Origin: Spironucleus salmonicida
Lineage: Eukaryota
Assembly: GCF_000497125.1 (NCBI RefSeq)
Contig: NC_090598.1
Coordinates: forward strand, 1,612,001-1,676,000
DNA: 64,000 bases
Reading direction: 5' to 3'
Shown in pieces: positions 39,571 to 51,284 of this stretch; within the stretch, counting starts at the first letter, position 1; each line of letters begins with the position of its first letter. The position numbers were made by a program, and so were the translations under genes. The notes below the pieces were generated by a model that ran no database searches, was not told the DNA's origin, and saw nothing but the letters and a program-made list of their open reading frames with translations.

Positions 39571-39584
39571 TATATTCCACTTTA
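39571..39584 (+). promoter_or_regulatory. candidate upstream element TATATTCCACTTTA (zinc-knuckle gene)
   Basis: Lies 3 nt before ATG 39588. The same 14-mer is upstream of TRM6. Confidence 0.45.
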
Positions 39585-39587
39585 AAT

Positions 39588-40283
39588 ATGAGTTTTTCAG
39601 AAGACGAAATATTAGTTCCTTAAGTCGTTCCTTATATGTCTGAAACTGATGATTTACCTATTTAAAAATAGTTTTACGCACATAAGACTAGATATTTTGA
39701 TTTATGTCGCCTGTGTAATGGTAATCATTCAGAATAACGATGCCCATTACGTTCTGCATTGAAATGCTATCTATGTGGCGAGGCTCATCCTATCCATAAA
39801 TGTAGTTTAAATTAGTAATGCCCAATTTGTTTGCAAAATAAAAAAAAGTGTCATTGTGGTTTTCCTAAATAAATTTCTTCTTTAAGGACATTTGTTCCTA
39901 GATGTTGGAAATGTGATGGTGGGCACCCGGCTATTTTATGTCCATATTAAGGTGTAAGTTTGTGTTGTTCTTGTGGTGGTAGGCATGATTTAAAGGATTG
40001 TAAGAAACGGGATATTATAGGATATGTTGAGCTTAAATAAAATGAGATTAGACTACTTAGCAATCAATATAACATGAAGAGAGGAGGGGGAGGAAATTTT
40101 GATAATTCGTTCACAAGAGGAAATACTAGATTCTAAGAGCCTCCATAGAAGTATATTTTATAAAAAGATGCAACTTCAAATTTTTAATAATATGTGTAAA
40201 GCTAAAAGTCAAATAAATAAACAGGGGGATAACATCAAGTCAAAATTAGTTAAAATTAATATTAAAAAAGGGTGTAAAAGTGA
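39588..40283 (+). CDS. multi-CCHC zinc-knuckle protein, Air1/2/ZCCHC7-like, 231 aa
   Basis: RYF followed by CRLCNGNHSEQRC, CYLCGEAHPIHKC, CWKCDGGHPAILC and CCSCGGRHDLKDC; RGG-containing tail. Confidence 0.7.
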
Positions 40284-40290
40284 TAAATCA

Positions 40291-42258
40291 TCATTTCATA
40301 GAAGCAAAGTCATATGCTTTAACATAGTCTTTAATCATAATCTTCCAATCTATCTCGTGAGAATTTCTAGTCATGGTATTTCTAAGCTAAATACGTTCAT
40401 ACATATTCAATTTAAGATAATCGATAATTATTTCATAAAGCTGTTGAGTCTACTAAACTTTAGTCAAGTTTTATCTGTCTAAAACCTAAACACCATAATG
40501 GCAATTCAGCCATTTTTATGATTTCATTTTTTAAAAATCCTCCTGAGAGACATTCATCAACATTGCCTATTAAAGAGAAGGAACAGATTGAGAATGTAAT
40601 TAACTCTCAATCTGTTTTTAAGATTCCGATTTAGTAACATCTAAGTTTTAAATAAATGAACCGAAACCTTAAGTAGAAGATACAATTGATGCAGTACCAT
40701 TACAAATGCATTCTGGAACCTTATAAGAGAATGGCTTATATAGCCCTGCAAATACCCCAATATGAGCACCACGAACAAATTCTTTAAAGTCAAGACCAAT
40801 AACAGAGGTAGTAGTTAATTTTTCAGGTATCCATATAATTTTCGCATAATCATCTATTGCGTTATTGATTCCAGCTTATTGCAATTTTTTAAGTAAGGGA
40901 TGAGTATCTTCTATCTCATGTGTAACTATCGGTGCATTAGCTCTTAATGTAGCCAAAGACTATTAAATATTTTAAATGAGTAGTAACTCTTTATTGTCAC
41001 ATAGATCTTTCATTTTAATATCATTAAAACTTGTTTTGTTAGTTTTGCATATACTTCTTATTAGATTCGCATGAATTTATTTTTTAACTTTTGCTAATTA
41101 TTCTTCTGCCTCTTTCATTAGACTAGTCTTCCTTAGCATTTCGATATTGAGACCTTTATGCTTAGCTTCGTGCAGTATAAGACAAATAACAGATCTCCCT
41201 TTCAACTATGGATACTATTCTATAAATTATGGATCTTTTACCTACTTATTTAAAAGAGCTATAGCATCTATAAATAATTCAAAACCATCGTTCTCATAAT
41301 CTTTGCCTGCTGTAAATACTATGGAGGTTCTATCAAGATTTACTTACCCATAAAATGCTGTCTTAACGAATTTCATAATTTATTATTTAGTAAACTTATG
41401 TGTAAAGTTCAATTAAGTATCATCTAGCTCGCCTTTTTATGCCAGTGAATCTATGCCAGTATATAGATAAATTTCTGGGCGTTTTCCATAAATTTTATCA
41501 CATTCTGCTGTGAGAGATTATGTAATTGCAGTAAATAAGTTGGTTGTAGTAATTAATTATTTTTCAATAATTAATTCTTTATAAACACCAGCCTTTTTAG
41601 CTTCTAAACTAGGATCTAAACTATTATTTTTCTGATATTGCTTACCCAAACAAGATTCATGTATAGTATACATAAATTTAACTCTATTTTTATCAAAAGC
41701 AGAAATAGAATGATTAACTATAGAAAATGCAGAGGTTTAGCTTTAGAATAAAAGCTAGAATAATCCTGATTGCCAATCATGATAATGAATTATAACTTTT
41801 TCAGCATTTTTGCAATGATAAAGTGCAAAAAAGCTGCAAAAAGCCCATGATAAAGCAGATGAAACCACTTCGGTATCATCAAACTTAATTTAATTATTCA
41901 TAATAATGTTCAGTTATTTTTGAACAATATCCAATAAAGAAGTGTCTGCTTATGGCAGCATGATAACTGGTGCCATATTTGCTGATATCCAGTGACCATA
42001 GAGAACGCTCTGATGAGGAAGCTTAAAAATATTTTCAAAATTAAGTAATAATTAGTCCCAATAGTGCTCTCTTTTATTAATAAACTGGTTAGAGCACTTC
42101 ACATCTAATTGGTCTTTATAAAAACCAATCATTAAATAGTGGTCCCCTAGTAAGCTGACGATCTCTTGTGCTTTAGTTTTTAGTGTACGGTGAATGTTAT
42201 AGTTTATGTCAAAAATAACATCATGTGATACCTCCAAAATAAATTTAGATAGGTCCAT
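40291..42258 (-). CDS. GT3-family glycogen synthase homologue with degenerate active-site motifs, 655 aa
   Basis: ILEVSHDV...TLKTKA, HYHDWQSG, FTAGKDYENDG, LDFKEFVRGAHIGVF, ECICNG..SIVSSTQGFG, IDWK. Confidence 0.85.
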
Positions 42259-42383
42259 TTGTTGGAATGGTGATTTAGTTTCGCTTAATATAATATTATT
42301 ATATATTATTATTCTAGTATAAAGGATTAGTTACTAAGACTTAAAACTAAGGTGAAATTAAAAGAAATATAAAAATATCGCAA

Positions 42384-43844
42384 TCATCTTACTTTTTTCT
42401 ACCTTCCTCCGTTGTCCTTACTATACTTGGCCTTCACAAAGCCCTCGTCTTCGGTGCTAAGCTGGGTGAAGAAGTTAGCGACATATCCGGTGCTCAGAGG
42501 ACCTATCATAACAGGGTGGGTTCGGTTTGGCAATATCTGCTGCTGCACTGCATGACATTTGAGAGCACCGAACCTGATGCCGTTCCTCTGCGTCACCACG
42601 AAGTTGCCCACCTCCTCGAGCGCGGGAAGTGTCTCTGCAAAAACAGATACTGGGGCTCCCGAGTTGGCAATGGGAATGAAGGCCTTCACCGCGGGGAGGG
42701 GGCGCGATTTAGCGGCGATGATGATGCTGTCGAAGGCAAATTTCTTATCGGAGAAGTCCGCATAACAGAGCATGGGTACTAGGTCTGCCTTCTGCACATT
42801 ATGCAGCTTCCCGTCCACTATGCACAGCCTGCTCACGCGGCCCAGGGCGGTGCCGTTAACCCCGTAGTATGCCAGTCTTCTCTCTACCCAGAAGATAAAG
42901 TCGAGGTCCAGCTCCTTGGTGATTGTGTCGCTAGTGATCATCGGCACCTCGCTTGTGAATATCTGCTTGCTGTTGGGGTCTGGAAACACGCCCAAGTTGT
43001 CCAAGAACTGGTCGTCCTGGCTCAAGAACCGCCACAGGTTGCAGTGGAATACCACCGGCGTGGTGGGCCATCTAGCGCCGTCCTCGTGAGCAGCCCTATG
43101 GGGTAGCAGGTTGCAGTCGATCAGGGTGTCCTTCAGCTAGCTGGCGGAGTGGTCTCCTGCGCACAGCACACAACTCTCAGAGTAGTGTGGGATGTTCGAG
43201 TTTTTGATAAAGTCGACGAATAGCTGCTTAATGTTAGCCTGGAGATCGCGCAACTTCACCGCGTCAAACTCGCTCCCAATGAGCTTGATGAGATCAACAC
43301 ACTCCTACTCGAAGTCGCACTTGACGTTTTGCTTTAAGGGGTCTATCTGAAGCTTCTCGCATACCGCACCTACCACGACGCCATCGAAATCATCAAATAC
43401 TAATATTTTTGAACGATTTTATACTCTAGATACTGCAGTTTACTCTAATAGCACTGCTAAAGATTCCGAATTGAGTAAAAATTAATTCTTTTATGTTGAA
43501 TTAGTAAATTTATAGTCAGTTAATAAACGTGGAGAAGAAATTTAAATTCTGACATGATTGGCTTGTTTTGACCTAGATTTTTATTATTTTTTCAATGTAT
43601 TAAGATCGTCCGTAGTATTCACTGAAGAATGTTGAAAATAGTCGGATGTTAAATAGTCATCAATTAGCTCAAATGGTGTGATTTAACAACATTAACCTGA
43701 AGGAAGATTAAGGATAGATTTCGTATCAATTTAAACAGAATTTAAAGATATAGGCTTATTTGGATCTACTTTCGTTAAATATGATGAATCATTTTTAAAA
43801 TCCAATAAAACAGTATCAAATGGAGATATGTGGAAATTCGACAT
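42384..43844 (-). CDS. TRM6: tRNA m1A58 methyltransferase non-catalytic subunit (Trm6/Gcd10), 486 aa
   Basis: SESLAVLLEQTAV...SKILVFDDFDGVVVGAVCEKL; FDSIIIAAKSRP...GAPVSVF; QQQILPNRTHPVMIGPLSTGYV, compare the Gcd10 signature YQVLPxRTHPxM...GGY. Confidence 0.85.
42410..43388 (-). repeat. 979-bp GC-rich duplicated segment, copy 2 (inside the intact TRM6)
   Basis: Matches 26164..27142. Confidence 0.95.
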
Positions 43845-43859
43845 TATTAAAATGGTAAA

Positions 43860-43873
43860 TAAAGTGGAATATA
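43860..43873 (-). promoter_or_regulatory. candidate upstream element TATATTCCACTTTA (TRM6)
   Basis: Reverse complement of TAAAGTGGAATATA, 15 nt upstream of ATG 43844. Confidence 0.45.
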
Positions 43874-43907
43874 GTATATTAATAAATAAAAATAATCCCT
43901 ATATTAA

Positions 43908-44705
43908 TCACTGGATTTTTATAAATTGAATTACTTAATTTATCATATCTAAGACTACCGTAGTAGGTAAAACTAGGCTAGGATTAATATAAAAATTGTT
44001 CTTGATATCTTTTTACCATTTAATAAAACTTATATAGGAAAGGAATTCGCAGTCTCCAAACAATGTTTCTATCTCTTATTATTATCTTTATATTGTTCTT
44101 ATAGACTGATCTTTTTTATAAGTAGTATAAGATTTTATTATAGACTCTGATTTTGAAAGTTTTGATATATAAGAAATTTAGTTAATATCTTAGATTTCTA
44201 TTGTTGCTTGCTGAGATAATTATAATTTTTCTGATTTAAATAGATTTTAGAGTCTATTAAAAAATACTTATCTTCCAGCTTTTATAGCTTAAACAAAGAT
44301 AAGCCTATACTAACTTTATTCCATTGATTTAAAATTTAACTATTTTACTACTTTTGATGTTGGGACAATATTCTAAACTATACCTGACTAAATAAAAGCT
44401 TTATCTTAAATTTATAACCTAGAAATTATAGATTTAGGTGGGTCTTAATTTTTAACGCATGCTTTTTAAAATCCCTTAATAAGCGAAAATACTGAGTCGT
44501 CTTCAACTTATTCATCTTATTTCAACATATTCATAAATACTTATCTTGTTGAGTATTTTTCTGGAAATTCAGTAGTTTGTCTTCCATTTGATAATTTTAC
44601 ATTACAAAAAGTTACTGATAATGGTTTAGAAGGCTTGCATGCAATTTATGTTTCCATATGACTAGATTATTAATAAACATATAATTATGTATAGATTGTT
44701 TTCAT
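43908..44705 (-). CDS. hypothetical protein, 265 aa
   Basis: ATG 44705 to CAGTGA at 43908-43910, with no in-frame TGA found between. Confidence 0.65.
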
Positions 44706-45220
44706 AAATAAAAATATTCATTTGTATAGAAAAAGAAAATTTAGTGCATTAACTCTAATATGCTGTATAATTGCATGAACAGCTTTAGTATTAAATCTAA
44801 TTAGGGTAAAAACTATACTTATATTCTAATTAAAAGTATGATGTTATAATTAGAAAACAATCTAATAAAGCAAAAATGTTAATACCAAATGCTAATTAAA
44901 TACTCAGTTTTTATTATTTTAAACGTCATAAATAATATATTTATACATAATTATATTGAAGTTTAGTTATAAATTATTATTTATAGTAGGGAATTAGGAT
45001 TAATTGAAGCATAAATAAATATTTTTAGAAAAAACTTTAATATTTATTAAAACAAATATATTGCACTACTGGAGAAAAAGTATTATTGTTAAATTATCTA
45101 GACTATAAATATAGTAATTTTACAGTCCTTTTTTAGCCATAATACTTGTTTAATTTATTTCTTGTCAGCTACCAACATGTAATTTAATAATTATATTAAT
45201 AACACTATTCTATAAATATA

Positions 45221-45292
45221 GCCTTCTTAGCTTAGTGGTAGAGTGCTTCACTCGTAATGAAGAGGTCACGAGTTCGAATCTCGTAGAGGGCT
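45221..45292 (+). tRNA. tRNA-Thr (anticodon CGT)
   Basis: Acceptor GCCTTCT/AGAGGGC, D-arm TAGCTTAGTGGTAGAG, anticodon arm CTTCA-CT-CGT-AA-TGAAG, T-arm ACGAG-TTCGAAT-CTCGT. No encoded CCA. Confidence 0.95.
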
Positions 45293-45384
45293 ATTTAATT
45301 CTTTTTAAATTTTCTAGATAATATTTTTAATATTAATATTAACATGTATTATATAATTAATATAACTATTAAAAATACATAAAT

Positions 45385-46215
45385 ATGAAACCACCATCCC
45401 ATCCATCCACACCCTTAATACCAATATTAAATTTTGCTAAAATTTCAGCATATACTCCTCCAACTAGATAATCACTATCCGCAAGAACCACAATAAATTC
45501 TCCATCAAAAAAAATCTGCAGAACATCATCCCCTTCTAAGGCTCTCAGAAATGCATCTATTTCACACTCTTTAGGATTAGATATATACCATTTTAACAAT
45601 TTTTAATCTTAAAAAGCTAATATGGCTGTATTATCAGCAAGATGGTATAGGGATGATAAGTAGATTAGTAATGAATTTTCGAATCTATGTAATATCACAC
45701 CTAAGAAAAGACCTACATTATTAGTTAACTAATTATAATTATATGTGTAGCCTATAACTTCAATCAGAGCGCCTTAAATAAAAATGGTTACTAAAGGTGA
45801 GTATCATATTATATTTGTGTAAGCTTGCCATAATAATGGAAGATTACGCTTTTTATTGTTATTGTAAGAAAATTTTCAATAATGTAAAATACATTAAACA
45901 AATAAGTCAAAAATCACAGAATCTATGATAAATAGGGTGGAGTTTGTATCACAACAAACATAAAATAAAGGGATTCTATAATAAAACAATTAAATTTAGT
46001 AAAATTTAGCATTTTAGTACTTATAAAGATATAAATCAGATATACACTTATTATTTTCTTATTAGGCAGAACATCTTATTAATTATCTAGGGTTTTTAAA
46101 ATGGTAAAATGGTCACGCTAATATATTCTAAGTTTTTATCAATGAAAAAATACCCACTTAATAATTATTACTCTAAACATAAAATGCAATTCTTTTTCTT
46201 AAGACTTATTAGTGA
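45385..46215 (+). CDS. hypothetical protein with Pro/Ser-rich N-terminus, 276 aa
   Basis: ATG 45385 is in frame with TAGTGA 46213-46215. Confidence 0.6.
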
Positions 46216-46395
46216 TAAATTATTAAGGTCACTGACTTTTTTATATATAAAATTTTTGTATGTAAATATGCAAATCAGAATTAGGTAATTATGATTATGA
46301 ATTCCTTTAATTCTAAAATTGTTGATATAAATTTTTTAGACTTTTAAAATTTATTATTTAATAGATAATATATGATATAAATATAGATTCTAGAA

Positions 46396-47976
46396 ATGTC
46401 CATTTCAAGATGGTTTATAGCAGCAGATTCAGGAGACTCCTCTTTCATTCGAGACAATGTATAAAGTTTTTAAAACTCAAGAGATTCCTAAGGAAATACC
46501 GCCTTGATCAGAGCAGCTTTTGCAGGTCATACGAATTTGTGTCATTTATTATCCTGTGAGTAATCCCATAAAAATAATCAAGGACGGACTGCGCTAATGC
46601 AGTCAATTTTTTCATCTCATTCTGCACAAATTATACCTATATTAAATTCTGAATTTGGTCTTAAAGATGTTTTAGGGTAAACAGCCCTAATGTTAGCCGC
46701 TTAAATTGGCAATATGGCAGCCATACAAAATCTAATAAGTAGCGAATCTACACTTTTCGACATGAAATAGCGCACCGCCTTAATGCACGCTGCATCGTTT
46801 TCCCAAATTGAAGCTGTATAATTTCTATGCGAAAGGGAGCGAAACTCGTAGGATATTAATGGTATGACTGCACTAATGTTTGCAGCATCAAAAAAGTCTT
46901 TTTAAACTGTATAAATTTTGGCGAATTTCGAAGCAAAAATAAAAAATAAAAAGGGTGAAACTGCTCTAGCAATTGCAGTTTTGAGCAGTTCCAGTCAGGA
47001 AATTATTTAATTTTTGGGATAGATCGAAGGGGATATAAAAATTGATGGTGTAAAAATTGATGACTTTGCATCTGAAAATAATAAAGGTAAAAATGGTCTT
47101 GAAGAAGTTATTGCAAAATAGAGAGAGTAAAACTAAATCAAAGACTAACTTAAACTAATTCAAGAACGAAATAATGGACTGAGTAATAAAATGGAATAAC
47201 AAGTGATATTAAAGCTTCAGAATGAAAATTCAGTGCAAATTTTGAGATTAAATGAATAAATTGCAGGTTTTGAGAATAAATTATCGCAAGTTCGTGGTCA
47301 ATAGATTAATCCACTTATAGGTTCTAGACTAGACAGTATAAACGAATTAATTGAAAGTAATAATCTAAGCAACCAGAATTAAATTAAGAAATTATAAAGT
47401 ATCATAAACGAAATAAAGTTATAAATAAGCGAAGTCTCCACAGAATTTTACGATATACGCGGAAATGTAACATTATTAGGGTAATAAAATAAATAAATTA
47501 ATACTATTTTAGAATAATTAACTAGTGAAAAACATTATAAATAATCTTCTTATAAGGATAATAATTCAAATAAAAATACAAAATAATAATTATTAGAAAC
47601 GACTATATAGTAATAATAATAAGTTATTGTTAGTTTATATGCAGATGTAGACGTAATTAAATAAGACAATCACTATATTAAGTAATAGTTACAGTAAATA
47701 GTATAAGGAAATAATAATAATAATTCATAGAATGGAATCAACAATATTGAACTCTCCAAGTAAGTTGAAGAGAACATAAACTTAATGAATATGTTGGTGA
47801 AAAATCAATAAAGAGATAGTTTAGATTCTGTTATATAGTAAATTGGAACACTTAAAGTAGATACTATTGGCATTAAAAATTAGATTGATTTTTTGAAAGA
47901 TCATGATTACGATGGTAGAATTAACTTGCTAGAAAAATAAATCTCGATGCTGTAGAATTACATTTTCAAACAATGA
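46396..47976 (+). CDS. ankyrin-repeat plus coiled-coil protein (diplomonad 'protein 21.1' type), 526 aa
   Basis: WFIAADSGD, then repeated GNTALIRAA / GRTALMQS / GQTALMLAA / RTALMHAA / GMTALMFAA / GETALAIA, then coiled coil. Confidence 0.9.
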
Positions 47977-48014
47977 GTATTATTAATATTATATATTATT
48001 AATTATTATTGCAT

Positions 48015-48023
48015 TCCGCAAAT
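48015..48023 (+). promoter_or_regulatory. candidate upstream element TCCGCAAAT (IQUB)
   Basis: Lies 6 nt before ATG 48030. Confidence 0.4.
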
Positions 48024-48029
48024 ATTTTA

Positions 48030-49607
48030 ATGTCAGTTAACGAAGAAATGGATATTAATAACGATTATCAGACTATCAGCTTAGATCAATAGGAATAAGA
48101 ACCTCAGGTTTCTTTAAGTGCCTAGCCTAAAGGCCCACCTTAACCGCTCCCATAAACGTCACTACTGTGTAAACATTATGAAACAAATGATGAGGAGTTT
48201 TTTGATGCAGCAATCTAAACTCTACAGACAAGAATTTTTAACAGGACCAAAAAGATTATTGCAGCACTGCAAGGTGGCACCTATTTTGAACGAGAAAAAG
48301 TATCATATTAAACACAAACTGCAGCATTTCATAACGAGTATCAGCAGTCCTCACGGGAGGCCAGTATCCAGCCGTTCAATCCTATCCTTTACGGCTCAGA
48401 TAAAATCAAAGGTGAGTACACGCTTTATGCGAACCCTGCCAGATATGAGACAGCGGACCAATTTTTTGTAAGAAGAGAGTCCGCTGTGAAGCTTATTTAG
48501 TCGTGCTGGCGAAAATACAAAGCTTAAAAATACTGTTAGATTTTAATCCAAGAGAGGGACGAGAAAATTGCTGTTTAGCAGTAAGAGGAGCTCACAATTG
48601 CAGCTCAAAAGGAGAAAGAAAGACAGTATCAGCTCAAACGCCGTGTGCAACCGAGGACAAAAGCTGACTTCGATCTTCTATATTAGGAAGTTGCGACGTG
48701 GGTTAGACAGCAGAAGTTCTCTATAGACCAAGCAAATTTGATCCCAGAAGCGAGGCAGTCGGCACTAGAGTTGCTGGTCTAAAAGGAATCGAGATTGATT
48801 TAAAACATTGAAGCATTGAAAAGGCAAACAAATATAATTCTTAGACAGGATAAAATAGTAAATTTTTTCAAAAAAATTTCTGAGCCTCGTAGGTGGTAAT
48901 TGTGGGATGGAAGTTTTGCTGCTGTCCATACACCTTATACATTAAGGGCTTAGTCATTAAGGAACATATATTATGCTTTAGAACAAAAGAACATCACATT
49001 AGATTAGAGACTTGATATCTTGTTGTAGACGAAATTTATTCTAAAAGAGTTTGATTGTGAATTAACTCGTAATGCTGTTAGGCTTATTGATGAGGAAGCA
49101 GACCTCTTATCTAGAAACCGGCCAGCTAATTCTATGGAGATGTTGAGAAAGCGTATTTTAGAACACTTTTTAGATTTCTGTGAATCTCCAGAATTTAATC
49201 CTGGAGTACTTACATTAGTTAAAGATAGCTCAGATTTAATATTCAGACCTAATACTCTTCCCGTTGTGGACAAAAAGAAGCTAAACCCAATTAAAAAAGA
49301 GCAGATGAATAGGCTTAAATAAACTTAAATAAGAAAAGCTGTGTATTCATAATTGGATCAAACTAAAGAAAAAATTAACATGATAGAAGTTTTAGGAGAA
49401 TTAGGTGGTATGTAGTAGTATAATTAAGACTTAGATGCTGACTGTTAAGTTGATGAACCAGGACTTTTCTTAAATATTCTTCCTGATGAGGTTTTTGCGA
49501 CAGATGGATATAGAATAATGCCATAAGAATGTGAAATATAAAATGAATAATCCTTTTAAAATGATGATGGAATAGGTGAAGAGATTAAAATGGACGATTT
49601 ACAGTGA
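48030..49607 (+). CDS. IQUB: IQUB/FAP253-like radial-spoke protein, 525 aa
   Basis: IQSCWRKY IQ-like motif, PRTKADFDLLYQEVATW, RLDILLQTK..LKEFDCELTR...LIDEEADLLSR, LRKRILEHFLDFCESPEFNP. Confidence 0.85.
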
Positions 49608-49619
49608 GATTTTAATTAG

Positions 49620-51218
49620 TCATTCATATTTTTCGTCTGGGTCTCCTATAGTCTCTATCCACTGTGGAACATCAGCTGGCGGCCATACCATTTCCACACC
49701 CATAACATCAAGTTACAATATTTCAACATCAGCACCAATAAAGTCACGTAAATTTGGGAAAGTACGACCAAAATCACCATGAACGAATTCTTTAATATAA
49801 GCTCCAGCAGATGCCAATATATCAATAGTAAAAAAATTTCCTTTTTAAGCAGTAGTAGCTATTTTAAATATGGTCTTAGCTCTATTCATAAGGCTACGAC
49901 GGTGTAATACCCGTATTGGTGTTTTTTACACTAGATTAAGATTTTCGATATGAATATTGTCTATGATTTTGTTAGCGCAGCATACAGCACGATATTTTTT
50001 CTATTTTTCTTATCCCCCAGAATAGAGAGCTACCATTAATTTGTCTTTAAATTTTTCATAAATTGCAAGCTATTAGTTATAGATACGAATGAAATTTTAT
50101 TTACCTAATTCTTAATCGATTTCAATAGATATTTTTATCCAATCTAATCTACAAGCATTTTTAGCCTACTATAATTCTGCAATAAATGGACGTCCATTCC
50201 CCAACATTCTAACATCAATATCCTCTCTTCCTGCAGCATGAAATACAAATTTATCAAAGTCTACATATTTTCTAAATATTGGTTCTAATATAGTATTCAT
50301 TGCATAAGGTAATGATTGAATATCTTAATCTTCATCAGATTCTTACTTTTCATCACCAGTTTATGCGATACCTCTTTGTAACTTTAAATATCGTCCAGTT
50401 ATATATACAGGATCTCTATCTATATTAAACTGAAAATCAATAACAGGTTCAACTTCTGGAGGTTAACACATTTACTTTAATATATTGATATTATATCCAT
50501 CTTTAGAGATTATTCGTGAAACTTCTGCATCTAACCCTATATCTGCTTCTGCGCCTTACCTTATTTCTTTAGATCTTATTCGTCTTAATGATTTTGGTAG
50601 TTAAGACAATTATTATTAAGTCCATTTTATTTATTAAGTAGATTTAAGTGTAATTTCACATCTGAAATATGATAGGTAATGTACAGGTACATCTAAACTT
50701 TTACTTAAATATGGTCCTAATATAAATTTTGCAGCTTTTTTAATTGGAATTACACTAAGCATTATTTTTTTGAATGAAGTATCTTCAAAATTTTCCTTGC
50801 GCTTAATATATTTATCCTCGCTTTATGTATAAACTTTATAATTCATCTATATTAACTAATGCTTATATATAGCATCATTAAGCAAATAATAAGGTGGTAT
50901 AGTCACATTTAGTAAATATTAATTATACTCAAAACCTGATGTTAAAATGTAAGTTGACAGTTTTTCTCTAAACTTTATATTAGATAACGCTGGTAAAATG
51001 TTATGGCATGATACACAGAAATTACATATAGTAAACTTTTTTGTCACTGATATAAAATCATTTTATAGTTCATCTGTATTTTTAGTAAAATGTGATATTG
51101 ATTACACATTTAAAAATCGTAATACACAATATGCACAGGCAGTTTACGAAATATATTCAATTTGGGTAATAACATCATCATAATTTGCAGAAAATATTGT
51201 TTTAAAATATTCATTCAT
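49620..51218 (-). CDS. PUS10: tRNA pseudouridine synthase Pus10, 532 aa
   Basis: N-terminal CAYCVLRF; GRYLK; FHAAGREDIDVRMLGNGRPF; QKTPIRVLHRRS; AGAYIKEFVHGDFGRT. Confidence 0.95.
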
Positions 51219-51284
51219 ATAGGAAAGTAAAGTGAAAAGAGTAAAGTATAATATTAATATAACATTTGCATCATAAATTTTAAA

